Position numbers and translations under genes: made by a program. 64,000 nt of DNA from an uncultured Blautia sp. (GTDB taxonomy: Bacteria > Bacillota > Clostridia > Lachnospirales > Lachnospiraceae): positions 87,775 to 151,774 of the forward strand of contig URMH01000001.1 in the NCBI GenBank assembly GCA_900549015.1, written 5' to 3'. Every line of letters begins with the position of its first letter. Within the stretch, counting starts at the first letter, position 1. The notes below the pieces were generated by a model. The model was not told where the DNA came from and made no database searches. It saw only the letters and a program-made list of their open reading frames with translations. Below, in pieces: positions 18,525 to 28,755 of this stretch.

Positions 18525-19469
18525 ATGATGCGAAAAATACGGCCACGATCAAGGGCTGTTAAAAAAAGCGAAGAATCACAGAGAGTACTGGATGCACTTG
18601 ACGCCTATCTCGAGGGAAATATTGATGAACCAGTAAGATGGCTTGTTCGATTCTGGCAGGATCAGGCAGCAGTCATGCTGTACAGAGAACTGCGAGAACT
18701 CGTAATAGGAGAAACAGATCCGGAAAGCCTTTTTGATATATGGTTCCAGGATTATTCGAAGATGCTGTCAGAAAAAATGACACCTGTATGGGAACAGGCG
18801 TTTCGTGAAGGGTGGAAAAACAATTCTCTCTTTTGTGGAGCAGAAGATGTAATAAGCTCTGAGAGCTGGGTTCGAAGCTGGATTGTTGATCATACGGGAG
18901 ATTTGATAACAAATTGTTGTAATGAGCAGGTGAGCGCAATTCGGTATCTGATTGCTGAAGCTGAATCTCTTAATATGAGCAGTGTTGAAACGGCAAGATA
19001 TATCCGGCCAACGATAGGACTGACAGAGAGACAGGCTGCGGCGAATCTCAAATATTACAACTCCATCAAGGAAAGACTGACAACGGATCATCCGAGAATG
19101 AAACCTGAGTCAATTGAGCGGAAAGCGAGGGAGGCTGCTTCAAAATATGCAGAAAGACAGCAGCGGTATAGGGCAGAGACTATAGCCAGATCGGAAATAG
19201 CACAAGCCTATAACCATGGCGCAGATGCTTTTGTGAGGGAAGCGGTAACTGCAGGGAACCTTCCGGAGATGGAAAAAGAGTGGTCAACAGCTTTGAACGG
19301 CCATGTGTGCGCATCATGTGCAGCTCTTGAAGGCGCTAAGATAGGAATGGATGATGAATTTAAAACGGTATCCGGAAGGAGAGAGATTACAACGTCTATT
19401 CCACCATTACACCCGCGCTGTAAATGTGCGGTGAAGTATGTGAGGGTGAAAAATGAAAACATTCAATGA
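18525..19469 (+). CDS. head morphogenesis protein, Mu gpF / SPP1 gp7 family
   Basis: RAETIARSEIAQAYNHG motif typical of the Phage_Mu_F domain; C-terminal CASC...HPRCKC zinc motif. Confidence 0.65.
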   Translation: MMRKIRPRSRAVKKSEESQRVLDALDAYLEGNIDEPVRWLVRFWQDQAAVMLYRELRELVIGETDPESLFDIWFQDYSKMLSEKMTPVWEQAFREGWKNNSLFCGAEDVISSESWVRSWIVDHTGDLITNCCNEQVSAIRYLIAEAESLNMSSVETARYIRPTIGLTERQAAANLKYYNSIKERLTTDHPRMKPESIERKAREAASKYAERQQRYRAETIARSEIAQAYNHGADAFVREAVTAGNLPEMEKEWSTALNGHVCASCAALEGAKIGMDDEFKTVSGRREITTSIPPLHPRCKCAVKYVRVKNENIQ

Positions 19470-19914
19470 AATAATGAAAATAAGGGACGAACCGGACAAC
19501 AAGCCGGAGGTAACAAAAAGAAAGTTCCAGGTAAAGAAGACAAATAATGAAAAAATGCAGGCATTCGGCTGGGCCAGTGTTGCTATTGCTGAGAATGGAG
19601 AAACGCTGGAAGACTGGCAGGGCGACATCATAGAGCCTGAGGAACTTGAAAGCGCCGCTTACAAGTTCGTTGATCTCTACCGGGAAGGCGGAGAGATGCA
19701 CGAGAGGGGTGGGGTTGCGTATCTGATCGAGAGTGTTGTATTTACGGAAGAGAAGATGGCGGCAATGGGAATCCCGGAAGGTACACTCCCTGTTGGCTGG
19801 TGGATTGGATTCCAGCTTACAGATGCGGATGTTTGGGAGAAAGTAAAAGATGGAACTTACAGCATGTTCTCCATTGAAGGGGAAGCAGAAAGGGTAAAAG
19901 TAAACAATGAATAA
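19453..19914 (+). CDS. XkdF-like phage protein
   Basis: Size, position after the head morphogenesis gene, and similarity in pattern to the PBSX XkdF family. Confidence 0.4.
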   Translation: MKTFNEIMKIRDEPDNKPEVTKRKFQVKKTNNEKMQAFGWASVAIAENGETLEDWQGDIIEPEELESAAYKFVDLYREGGEMHERGGVAYLIESVVFTEEKMAAMGIPEGTLPVGWWIGFQLTDADVWEKVKDGTYSMFSIEGEAERVKVNNE

Positions 19915-20398
19915 GTATATTGGAACAAAACTTATTGAGGCAGAAAAAGCAACTCTTGCAGAAGCACAGGCATTAAAAACAGGTGCCTGCGATACCATTG
20001 AAGAAGCAAGAAAAAGATTTGGAGGTTCAGATGATGGCAATCCGGGATATGTAGTTAAATATCCGGATGGATATATCAGCTGGTCTCCGAAAGATGTGTT
20101 CGAGAAGTCTTATATGCAGGTTCAGGAGAATCCGAAACTGATATCTGGCATATCAATAGGAGAACACATGGTGAATGACTTTATCAGCTATATCGAAACC
20201 AGTACCGTAGGCTATAAGACAACAATGGTTCGTTGCGTGCTTCGAAATGGTTTTGAGATCATTGAAACATCTGCATGCGTAGATGCTCAGAATTACGACC
20301 AGAAGCTCGGAGAAGAAATCTGTATGAAGAAGATAAAGGATAAGATCTGGTATCTTTTAGGATTTCTGCTTCAGACAGCGTGGCATGGAATTAAATAA
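19907..20398 (+). CDS. Gp49-like (PF13876-type) domain protein
   Basis: TTMVRCVLRNGFEIIETSACVDAQNYDQKLGEEICMKKIKDKIWYLLGFLLQ matches the Gp49/Sf6 gp66 family core. Confidence 0.5.
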   Translation: MNKYIGTKLIEAEKATLAEAQALKTGACDTIEEARKRFGGSDDGNPGYVVKYPDGYISWSPKDVFEKSYMQVQENPKLISGISIGEHMVNDFISYIETSTVGYKTTMVRCVLRNGFEIIETSACVDAQNYDQKLGEEICMKKIKDKIWYLLGFLLQTAWHGIK

Positions 20399-20408
20399 AT
20401 GTGATCAA

Positions 20409-20432
20409 TAGGCGTCCAAAGGGCGCTTTTTT
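20409..20432 (+). terminator. intrinsic terminator (GGCGTCC..GGGCGC stem, TTTTTT)
   Basis: Hairpin then T6. Confidence 0.45.
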
Positions 20433-20461
20433 GATAAATAAAAGCGAAAGGAGGAAGCATT

Positions 20462-21640
20462 GTGGCAACAAAACTGAAAGGCCTGGAAGTGGGTAAAGTA
20501 GATTTCGTTGATGAAGGCGCAAATCAGAGAGCTGATATCAAACTGCTGAAAGGCAAGAATAAAGCAGAGGAAACATCAGACCCGGAAATCGGACTATTTA
20601 AACGATTCCTGAACTGGATTAGCGGAGAAGTGCAGAAATCAGCCACGACATTTGATGAACAGATCAACGCTGTGAGCATGGACGCAATCCGGGATGAAAT
20701 CTGGTCTGTATGTTACGCCCTGCAGAATTCACTTAATTCAATCCTGTGCGACCCAGAACTGGACAGCAGCGGGAAGCAGAGTGCAATGGATACAAGCATT
20801 GAACAGTTCGCTACAGCTATGAAGGAATACATTCCCGGATGGGCTGGGGGAACATCTGCAAAAATCAAAAAGAATCTGGATGCACCTGACGAAACAGATC
20901 TTCCCATGGTGATGAAAGCGCATAGCAATCTGGAGGAAATCATTCAGAAATCCGTAGAAACGAAAGGAGAATTGGAAGACATGATTAAAATCGACAAGTC
21001 AAAAATGTCTGCTGAGGAAAGAGCGGCATATGATGAACTTATCAAAAAGTTTGCCGTAGAGACAAACGAGGAGCCGTCTATCGAGAAGAAAGCACCGCAG
21101 AAAAGCGAAAAAGAGGAAAACCCAGACGTTCTCGATGATGATGGAGCTGAAAAGAAAACAGATACAAAGAAATCTTTTACACCGCCAGAACAGAATACAG
21201 ACGATGATATTTACAAAGGACTGCATCCTCTTGTAAGAGAAAAACTGGAAGCTCTCGAGAAAAGAGCGGAGGAAGCGGAAGACAGAGAACTTTATGCAGT
21301 TGCTAAGAAGTACGAAGTTCTTGGAGAGAAGCCAGAAGAACTGGCTAAGTCCTTGAAAACACTGAAAAGTGCAGGTGGAACTGCCTACAATGATATGATC
21401 AGCATTCTCGACAGAAATGTGGCAATGGTCAACAACTCTGGCGTATTTGGAGAAATCGGAAAATCATTCTCTGGCGGAACTGCAGCAGTCAAGAAGTCTG
21501 CAGCAGAAGGAAAAATCGATACGATTGCAAAGGGATTGATTGAAAAAGATCCTTCCATGCCATATAACATGGCGCTGGCAAAAGCCTGGGAAGCACATCC
21601 GGAGCTTATGGCTGAGTATGAAGACGAAGCCGGATACTAA
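20462..21640 (+). CDS. putative scaffolding protein
   Basis: Highly charged and coiled-coil, between the minor head genes and the major capsid gene; GTG start after AGGAGGAAG. Confidence 0.45.
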   Translation: MATKLKGLEVGKVDFVDEGANQRADIKLLKGKNKAEETSDPEIGLFKRFLNWISGEVQKSATTFDEQINAVSMDAIRDEIWSVCYALQNSLNSILCDPELDSSGKQSAMDTSIEQFATAMKEYIPGWAGGTSAKIKKNLDAPDETDLPMVMKAHSNLEEIIQKSVETKGELEDMIKIDKSKMSAEERAAYDELIKKFAVETNEEPSIEKKAPQKSEKEENPDVLDDDGAEKKTDTKKSFTPPEQNTDDDIYKGLHPLVREKLEALEKRAEEAEDRELYAVAKKYEVLGEKPEELAKSLKTLKSAGGTAYNDMISILDRNVAMVNNSGVFGEIGKSFSGGTAAVKKSAAEGKIDTIAKGLIEKDPSMPYNMALAKAWEAHPELMAEYEDEAGY

Positions 21641-21651
21641 GAAGGAGGCGA

Positions 21652-22086
21652 ATGATAATGGGTAAAAATTTTAATGGAACACAGATCAACCAGTCACCAA
21701 CTATTTCCGAAAAGGCAGGAGCAGATGTTGCTGACATCCGTAACCTTATTCTGAAATACGATACTGATGGCAATGTGGTTGTCGCTGCCGATGGCACAGC
21801 ACCTCTGCTTGGCGTTTCTATTATCGAAGGTGGATATAATGACATTTCCGGTGTAGAAGCTGGAAAAGTTAATAAGGGTGAAGACGTTGATATCCTGATC
21901 AAGGACATCGGATTCGTCATTGCTTCCGCTGAGATCAAGAAAGGGCAGGAGGTTACTGCGACCACCGGAGGAAAAGCGGCAGTTGCGGCAGCTGGTGATT
22001 ACGTGATCGGGGTAGCTCTTAACAATGTATCTGCCGGAGGCTACAGCAGACTGCAGCTTTCTAAATACCAGAAGGCAAAAGCATAA
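21652..22086 (+). CDS. putative head decoration/accessory capsid protein
   Basis: Gly/Ala/Val-rich 144-aa protein directly upstream of the major capsid gene; RBS GAAGGAGG. Confidence 0.35.
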   Translation: MIMGKNFNGTQINQSPTISEKAGADVADIRNLILKYDTDGNVVVAADGTAPLLGVSIIEGGYNDISGVEAGKVNKGEDVDILIKDIGFVIASAEIKKGQEVTATTGGKAAVAAAGDYVIGVALNNVSAGGYSRLQLSKYQKAKA

Positions 22087-22110
22087 TCTTGATAAAGGAG
22101 GATAATATTG

Positions 22111-23136
22111 ATGAGAAACACAGCAGCAGGAATCCAGTCTGAAATCGCAAAAGGCGTATTCAGACCTCATACAGCACTTACAAACATGGCTCTGGCATAT
22201 TACCAGAATGCAGCTAACTACTTCGCAAAGGCTCTTTTCCCAACCTGTCCGGTAAGTCTTTCTTCTGACAACTACTATGAGTTCAGCAAGGAAGATCTTC
22301 TGAGAGATAACTGGAGCAGAAAACCTGCTTATGGAAAAGTTGATCCTACAGTAGTAGGCGAGAGCATGAAACCTTATGTATGCCAGGTAGACCAGATGAT
22401 CATGGGAATTGATCAGATTCGCCAGACCGATCTCAGCAGAAGACAGGGACCAACCACAATGCAGCCGAAACAGCAGAGAGTAAAAACCATTGCAGAACAG
22501 GCAAATATCCATCAGGATCGTCTGTTTGCGGAAAGCTACTTCAAAGCCGGCGCATGGAAGAATGAACTTGAAGGAGTAGACAATACCTCTCCGAGCACAA
22601 ACCAGTTCATTAAATTCAGCAATGCAAACTCTGATCCTATTGCATTTATCGATAGCGAGAAGACAAGCATGAATCAGCAGACAGGACGCATGCCGAACCG
22701 CCTTGGTCTTGGTATTAATGTATTTAATGCTCTGAAAGTACATCCGGGCATCCTCGAAAGGGTTAAATACGGTGGAAGCACCGCAAATCCGGCATCTGTA
22801 ACAGAGAATGTGCTTGCGCAGTTGTTTGGAGTTGAAAAGATTGTAGTGCTTAAATCCATTATGAACAGTGCTGGCATGGGAGAAGATGAAAACATGCAGT
22901 ACATCGGAGATCCGGATGCATTCCTTCTTGCCTATGCCACAAACGCACCGAGCATTGATGAACCGTCTGCCGGCTACATCTTTACATGGGATATGCTTGG
23001 AAACGGACAGATACTTCCGATTCTGAACTATCTTGGCGAGAATGGGACACATACAGAATACGTGGAAGGACTTATGGCAACAGATATGCATAAGACATCC
23101 GATGATCTGGCGAGATTCTACAAATCTGCAGTCTAA
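22111..23136 (+). CDS. major capsid protein
   Basis: 341 aa following the scaffold and decoration genes; RBS AAGGAGG; typical position and size. Confidence 0.6.
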   Translation: MRNTAAGIQSEIAKGVFRPHTALTNMALAYYQNAANYFAKALFPTCPVSLSSDNYYEFSKEDLLRDNWSRKPAYGKVDPTVVGESMKPYVCQVDQMIMGIDQIRQTDLSRRQGPTTMQPKQQRVKTIAEQANIHQDRLFAESYFKAGAWKNELEGVDNTSPSTNQFIKFSNANSDPIAFIDSEKTSMNQQTGRMPNRLGLGINVFNALKVHPGILERVKYGGSTANPASVTENVLAQLFGVEKIVVLKSIMNSAGMGEDENMQYIGDPDAFLLAYATNAPSIDEPSAGYIFTWDMLGNGQILPILNYLGENGTHTEYVEGLMATDMHKTSDDLARFYKSAV

Positions 23137-23147
23137 GGAGGTGCCAT

Positions 23148-23582
23148 ATGAAGCTTGTTGCAAATAAACCATGCACTCTGAGCGGAAAACGATACTTCAT
23201 CGGAGAGGAAATCCCGGTCGAAGCAGTCGCTGATCCGGTAGCTCTTGAAAAAATGGGAGTGCTGACTGTGATTCGTGACGGTATTCCGGTTGAAACACTT
23301 GAGGAATGCGTGGCATCAGTCGGAGAAGTATTCTTCAAAATCGAAATCGTAAAAGGAGATAAGGGCTTCGATTTGGACGTTACAGAGCCTCAGCTTCAGG
23401 AAGCAGTAAAAACTATGCAGATGAACCAGAAGGATGCTGTAGCTCATATTAGAGACACTGTAGAGGATAATACAGTGCTTATCTTTCTGAATGCAGTAGA
23501 TTCGAGAACTGCTGTAAAGAAAGAAGCTGAAACTAAGGCGAAGAGCCTTGGGGAACTGGAGGAAAGCGCAGGTGATGCCTGA
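23148..23582 (+). CDS. hypothetical head-tail connector region protein
   Basis: RBS AAGGAGGTG; position. Confidence 0.4.
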   Translation: MKLVANKPCTLSGKRYFIGEEIPVEAVADPVALEKMGVLTVIRDGIPVETLEECVASVGEVFFKIEIVKGDKGFDLDVTEPQLQEAVKTMQMNQKDAVAHIRDTVEDNTVLIFLNAVDSRTAVKKEAETKAKSLGELEESAGDA

Positions 23583-24025
23583 TGCCTGGAACATATCAGT
23601 ACGAACCGGGGAATATTGCTGAATACGGAAAAGACCGTATGCGTTTTGAACTCGGAGATGTAATGGTCGAGGGAAAAGAAAAGACTTGTGCGCTCTGCGA
23701 TGAGGAATACAATGCGGTGATTCCGGAAAAGGTTCCGACGGCGAGGCAATGGAAAAAAGCAAAACTTCGTTGCCTTGAAAGCATTATGCGGAAGTTTGCA
23801 TTTGAACCCGATACAAAGGTTGGCCCACTCTCCTTATCCATGGGGGAACGTGCCGAACTATGGAAAGAGATGTATGAGGATCTGAAAAAAGACTTGAAAG
23901 CCAGTGCAGCTTCGGCCGAAGCAATTCTTCCGTTGGCAGAAAATCCAGAAACAGGGCGGATAACACCGCCTTATTTTTATGCCGGAATGATGTCGCATGA
24001 GGAAACAGAGGGGGAAGACATATGA
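23582..24025 (+). CDS. hypothetical head-tail connector region protein
   Basis: Translationally coupled (TGATGCCTGATG). Confidence 0.4.
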   Translation: MPGTYQYEPGNIAEYGKDRMRFELGDVMVEGKEKTCALCDEEYNAVIPEKVPTARQWKKAKLRCLESIMRKFAFEPDTKVGPLSLSMGERAELWKEMYEDLKKDLKASAASAEAILPLAENPETGRITPPYFYAGMMSHEETEGEDI

Positions 24026-24384
24026 TGTTCGGAAACGCAATGTACCTTCGTCCGGGAAATCTCTGGAAGAGCTTCCGGGTATTGAAGATGCATGTGGACA
24101 ATGTAGATGGATATGCAAAGAACTCATATGAAGATACGGGAACTATAGTGGATGGAATTCTTGCACAGGCGACTTCGAATGAGAGGGAGCTGACAAAACA
24201 CCTATGGGACCAGAAACTGCATTCCCTGACGCATACCCTTGTGGTATCTGGAAGATGTGATCTCAAAAAGTCAGATATTCTTGCATATGAGGAAAAAGCA
24301 TATTTAGTTCTTGCTGTTGATAATGCCGGAGACCTTGGGGTTGCCGGCATTGCTTATCTTGAAGAAAGGAATGATCTGAAATGA
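24022..24384 (+). CDS. putative head-tail adaptor/head closure protein
   Basis: ~120 aa gene in the connector block; RBS GAGGGGGAAG. Confidence 0.35.
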   Translation: MMFGNAMYLRPGNLWKSFRVLKMHVDNVDGYAKNSYEDTGTIVDGILAQATSNERELTKHLWDQKLHSLTHTLVVSGRCDLKKSDILAYEEKAYLVLAVDNAGDLGVAGIAYLEERNDLK

Positions 24385-24758
24385 GTCCGGAGGCAGCAGC
24401 GGCAGCCGTACAGGAAGAAGTAAAGAACCGCGTAGAGCAAGCCAAACGACAGGTTGATGCAAAGATGATGCAGGGTGCCAATGAACTCAGGAATGCCGCT
24501 CTTACAGTATTGGCCAATCCAAGTCCTTCAGCTCCTGGAAGTCCACCTGGTGTAAGGAGCGGAAACCTGAGAAGGAACTGGAATATGTACAGTTCTGGCG
24601 GTGGAGGAAATGGCATATTCGGAATCCAATCTGGAATGCACTACTCGGGATACCTGGAACATGGAACAAGCAAAATGGCAGCCCGTCCTTATGTTGAAAA
24701 AATCAAAGAAACTGCAATGCCGGAGATTCTGGCATTGTTCTCGGAGTTAGGAGGATAA
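24381..24758 (+). CDS. HK97 gp10-family tail-completion/neck protein
   Basis: C-terminus LEHGTSKMAARPYVEK resembles the HK97 gp10 family signature (HGT..M.A.PF). Confidence 0.45.
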   Translation: MSPEAAAAAVQEEVKNRVEQAKRQVDAKMMQGANELRNAALTVLANPSPSAPGSPPGVRSGNLRRNWNMYSSGGGGNGIFGIQSGMHYSGYLEHGTSKMAARPYVEKIKETAMPEILALFSELGG

Positions 24759-25061
24759 ATGTTACTGACTGAAGAAACAAAGAAAGTTATAAATCTTGCT
24801 GAAATCGGAAGAGGATCTCTTATCTCGGCAAAAAATAAAACCTGGGATAAAGCGCAGTCTGGAATAGTAACAGAAGTGACTGCTGACACCATCACAGTTT
24901 TATTCCTTCCGGAAACACAGAATATCCAGAATCATTTCGCAATCCAGGCTGAGGCTATTGAAAAAGGAATGTGGACTATCAGATATTCTTCTGACGGAAT
25001 GGAAACGGTGAACGTGTATGAGGGGAGTGTAGAAAATGGATCTGAATCAGTTGCTGTATAG
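24759..25061 (+). CDS. hypothetical protein
   Basis: RBS AGGAGGATAA. Confidence 0.4.
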   Translation: MLLTEETKKVINLAEIGRGSLISAKNKTWDKAQSGIVTEVTADTITVLFLPETQNIQNHFAIQAEAIEKGMWTIRYSSDGMETVNVYEGSVENGSESVAV

Positions 25062-25905
25062 AAGATTATCTCAGGACAACCTTCTGAACGGAACTCTGTC
25101 AAAGTACGCAGATAAGCCGGCCATCTTTAACACAGAGTTTCCTCCTGATCAGCAGGAGGGATGGAATGGGAAAAGCCAGTATCCGAGGATTTCTTATGTC
25201 TTCAACAAACAGGTGGATACAAAGCGGTCTTCATCTGGCCAGCTTACTGTCGCATTGTACGACATCATGGATCCGCTTGAAGTAGAGAAGATGGAAGTTG
25301 CTATCAGGAATTGTCTTCAGGACGTGGTGATGAAACCGGAAGGGGAGGCGCCTATGTGCTTTGCATGGGCCAGAAGCGAACCTTACATCCTGGAAGGAAA
25401 CGCAGTGCTGTGCAAAGAAATTGCGTTCGATATTCTGGAATACCCCGCACAGGAAACTACGGATCCAGATCCTGTTATGGCGTTGAACAGGTATATTAAG
25501 AAGCTTTTCCCGGAATGCATAGTTTTTGGAATTGATGAGTTATCAGAATACACCATTCCGGCAGATACTCCTGTTTTCTATTCTGGACTGAAATCAATTG
25601 ACAGCACAGATGGTCATTGCAGGAGTAGCCTGTCGTGGTTCAATGCAGTTATTTCGGTGCATCTCCTGTGCCCGAAACCGTCATTGCGGTTGAAGATGAT
25701 GGCCGCACTTCACCAGAGCTTAGCGAAGGATGAAGAGATCATCATGTTTGATGATTCTCCAATGGTCGTGAAAGCTCTGAAAATGAACAACAATGCTGAT
25801 TACCTTAGAGAGGGGCAGATGTCTCTGACAGGGTATTATGCGTGCTTAAAAGACGCATTTAAGCAGCCTGGTATATCAGGCGTAACAATCAACGATCTTA
25901 CATGA
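25036..25905 (+). CDS. hypothetical tail-proximal protein (possible tail terminator/neck)
   Basis: RBS GAGGGGAG; position before the sheath gene. Confidence 0.4.
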   Translation: MDLNQLLYRRLSQDNLLNGTLSKYADKPAIFNTEFPPDQQEGWNGKSQYPRISYVFNKQVDTKRSSSGQLTVALYDIMDPLEVEKMEVAIRNCLQDVVMKPEGEAPMCFAWARSEPYILEGNAVLCKEIAFDILEYPAQETTDPDPVMALNRYIKKLFPECIVFGIDELSEYTIPADTPVFYSGLKSIDSTDGHCRSSLSWFNAVISVHLLCPKPSLRLKMMAALHQSLAKDEEIIMFDDSPMVVKALKMNNNADYLREGQMSLTGYYACLKDAFKQPGISGVTINDLT

Positions 25906-25917
25906 AAGGAGTAAGTA

Positions 25918-26139
25918 ATGGCAGAAAAAGATATCAAGAAGACACCGGCTGCGACACAAACAGTACAGCCGTCCGCTGACAAGTACACCATCCAGGAACT
26001 TGAAAATGCAAGCGCAAAAGTATTTGGAGTTCCTCGCGAATGTGCAGTAGCAGCCTTTAAGGGTTGTAAAAAAACAGGAATGACTGTTGCGGAAGCGAAA
26101 CAGATCATCGATAGATTCATGAAAAAGGAGGTCAAATAA
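25918..26139 (+). CDS. hypothetical small protein
   Basis: RBS AAAGGAG. Confidence 0.4.
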   Translation: MAEKDIKKTPAATQTVQPSADKYTIQELENASAKVFGVPRECAVAAFKGCKKTGMTVAEAKQIIDRFMKKEVK

Positions 26140-27549
26140 ATGGCAGGTTATTTTTCTCTTGGAGAAAACAAAATCCGTTCCGGTGCATACTTCAATGTGC
26201 AGAAAAGAGGGGATGAAACAAACTTTGGAGCAATTGATGGTATTGTAGCAGTGCTTTTCAGGTCTTCGATTGGGCCACTTGGAAAAGCTACAGTTCTTCC
26301 GGCATCTGAAGGATATGAAAAAACCTTTGGCACCGGCGGCACCACAGATGCATTAAGAGAAACGTTCTTTGGAGGCGCTGACAAACTTATCGCTGTTAGA
26401 ATAGGAAACGGCGGTACAGTTGGCAGTGCCTCTCTTGCTTGTGCAACTGGAAAGGCAAAGCTCTCAACAAAATATCCAAGTGGTGCAAAATTCACAGCAA
26501 CAATCAGAGAGAAGCTTGGCGATTCCTCAAAGAAAGAGTGCATCGTATATCTGGATGGCTCTGAGTTCGAAAAAGTAACATTTGCAGCAGGAACAGAAGA
26601 GGCTACTGCATTGAAAGAAGCATTCGCTTCCTCAAAGAACTTTGTAGTCGATATTACTGATGCATCAGGAACTGTTACGGCGGTTAGCCAGTCCGCTTTC
26701 GCAGATGGCGCAGATCCGACAGTGACAACCGCAGACTACAGTGCCGGATTAAAAGAAGTGGAAAAATACTACATCAATACCATTTGTGTTGATACAGAAG
26801 ATGCCGCTGTCCATGCATTGGTAGCAGCATGGCTTGACAGAATTTATCTGTCAAGCTCTTTCGCAATGGCAATCGTTGCCCCAAAACCTTCCTCTTCACT
26901 GGAAGACAGAATGACATCAATCTCCAGTTTCGATACTGAAAACGTAATTGCACCGCTGAATGCAAATGCTAATGCCGGCAATGAAGAGCTGAAAGGATAT
27001 CAGGTGGCTGCGTATATCGCGGGTATCGTAGCTGCGACTCCTGCGAACCAGTCCGTGACACACGCAACTCTTAGCAGATATAGCGTTCTGAATGAAATCC
27101 TTACAAATACAGAGATGGAAGTAGCTGAAGAAAAAGGCTGCCTGGTCCTCTCTACGGCTTCCGATGGGGCTGTATGGATTGACAATGGTGTTAATACCTT
27201 GGTTCATCCGGATGCCAACCACGACAGCGGATGGAAGAAAATCCGTAGAACCAAAACTCGTTATGAACTTCTGAACAGAGCAAATGCAGCAGCTGACGCA
27301 CTGGTTGGAAAGGTTGATAACGATACAAACGGAAGAGCCACTATCATGGCAGCTATACAGGGTATCTGCAATGCCATGGAAGCAGAAGGAAAGATCCAGT
27401 ACGGCAATGTAACTGAATCTACAACTGTTACTACTGATGGAGATACCTGTGGATTTGATATCGAAGTGATCGATCTGGATTCTGCAGAGCACATCTATTT
27501 GAATTACTACTTCCAGTTCAGCACTATTGTTGCTGCATCTGGAGAATAA
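26140..27549 (+). CDS. contractile tail sheath protein (XkdK-like)
   Basis: 469 aa; N-terminus G.Y.......I..S..EGYEKTFG pattern of sheath proteins; followed by tube and chaperone genes. Confidence 0.6.
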   Translation: MAGYFSLGENKIRSGAYFNVQKRGDETNFGAIDGIVAVLFRSSIGPLGKATVLPASEGYEKTFGTGGTTDALRETFFGGADKLIAVRIGNGGTVGSASLACATGKAKLSTKYPSGAKFTATIREKLGDSSKKECIVYLDGSEFEKVTFAAGTEEATALKEAFASSKNFVVDITDASGTVTAVSQSAFADGADPTVTTADYSAGLKEVEKYYINTICVDTEDAAVHALVAAWLDRIYLSSSFAMAIVAPKPSSSLEDRMTSISSFDTENVIAPLNANANAGNEELKGYQVAAYIAGIVAATPANQSVTHATLSRYSVLNEILTNTEMEVAEEKGCLVLSTASDGAVWIDNGVNTLVHPDANHDSGWKKIRRTKTRYELLNRANAAADALVGKVDNDTNGRATIMAAIQGICNAMEAEGKIQYGNVTESTTVTTDGDTCGFDIEVIDLDSAEHIYLNYYFQFSTIVAASGE

Positions 27550-27567
27550 GAAAAGGGGGAATAAATA

Positions 27568-28023
27568 ATGCTGAATAAGAGTGCAGCTACTGATGCCAGA
27601 CACAGCAGATCTGGCAAAGATGCGATGCTTTATAACTCTGCTGGAAAACCATTTGCACAGGTTGAAAGTTTCACTACAAAAGGTTCCTTTAACAACTATA
27701 AATACGCACCTCTTGGCCAGAACAGAGAACTTGAGGTCAATGGAACTGTGGGCGTTACCGTAAACATTTCCGAAATCGTAGTTCTTGATGGCGAGCTGTT
27801 TAATGCAGTAATCAACGCCATTGCAAATGGGGAATCTCCCGTCCTGATGTTTACAGGAGTTATCGAAGGAAGAAACGGATCACAGGAACGCGTGACCTAC
27901 AGAGAGTGTATTCTTTCCGGAGATAGCGATATCCAGAATGTAGCTACTGGAGACGTACTGAAAAGATCTTTTGCCCTGCATTGCAACGGCAAAGTTGAAA
28001 ACAAAAGCAAACTGACTATCTGA
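27568..28023 (+). CDS. tail tube protein (XkdM-like)
   Basis: 151 aa directly after the sheath gene; RBS AAAGGGGGAATAA. Confidence 0.55.
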   Translation: MLNKSAATDARHSRSGKDAMLYNSAGKPFAQVESFTTKGSFNNYKYAPLGQNRELEVNGTVGVTVNISEIVVLDGELFNAVINAIANGESPVLMFTGVIEGRNGSQERVTYRECILSGDSDIQNVATGDVLKRSFALHCNGKVENKSKLTI

Positions 28024-28079
28024 TTTCTATTAAGAGGGGCTGTATATCAGTCCCTTGTTTTTAAACAGGAGGAAAAGAA

Positions 28080-28595
28080 ATGGCAAATAAAGATTTTATG
28101 GATCCGGAATTAACTGAGGAAGAGAAGAAAGAAATGATTCTTGAAAATGAAGATGATTATCTCGAAGGATTATTAGCAGCTGCTGATGATGCAGCAAATG
28201 ATACAAAGAAGATTGATATCATTCGTAACGAACGGAAGTATTTCTCCTTCAGCATTCATTCGCTGACCGATGAAATGTTAAAAGATATTCGAAAAAAGTA
28301 CACAAAATATACAAAGAATCGCCGTCAGGGTATCCGGGTTGCAGACGAGCTGGATCTGCCAAAGTACAGAGCTTCTCTGATTTACAACTCCACTACGGAA
28401 GAAGATCAGGCCAAACTGTGGGATAATCCTGCTGTCAAAAAAGGCCTGGAAGCAAAAGGCATCTGCATTATCAATGCCCTTGATGTAATCGATGCTGTTC
28501 TTCTTCCGGGAGAAAAAGACCGCATTATGGATATCATTGATGATGTCAATGGCTTCAATAATGAAGAATTGAAGGCTGAAACTGCAAAAAACTGA
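28080..28595 (+). CDS. tail assembly chaperone (XkdN-like)
   Basis: Acidic 171-aa protein between the tube and tape measure genes. Confidence 0.5.
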   Translation: MANKDFMDPELTEEEKKEMILENEDDYLEGLLAAADDAANDTKKIDIIRNERKYFSFSIHSLTDEMLKDIRKKYTKYTKNRRQGIRVADELDLPKYRASLIYNSTTEEDQAKLWDNPAVKKGLEAKGICIINALDVIDAVLLPGEKDRIMDIIDDVNGFNNEELKAETAKN

Positions 28596-28674
28596 TTATG
28601 GCCGGTGGGAAGTCAACATTACTCCACCACATATTTCAACGCCAAGGTTTATTGCCAAGTGAAGTAATGAGTCT

Positions 28675-28702
28675 GCCCTCTGGAGAGAGGGCTTTTCTTT
28701 TT
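28675..28702 (+). terminator. hairpin plus T-run (GCCCTCT GGAG AGAGGGC TTTTCTTTTT)
   Basis: 7-bp stem and T-rich tail between the chaperone and tape measure genes. Confidence 0.45.
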
Positions 28703-28755
28703 GCTTCAACCAGGCTATGGATCGAGGCGAATACGAAAAAGGGGTGACATGGTAA

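Noticed and set aside
21694-23172. 492-aa minus-strand ORF antisense to the decoration and major capsid genes
   Set aside because: It is Cys/Arg-rich with odd composition and no RBS. The + strand has RBS-preceded genes in canonical structural order, so this is an antisense artefact despite its length.
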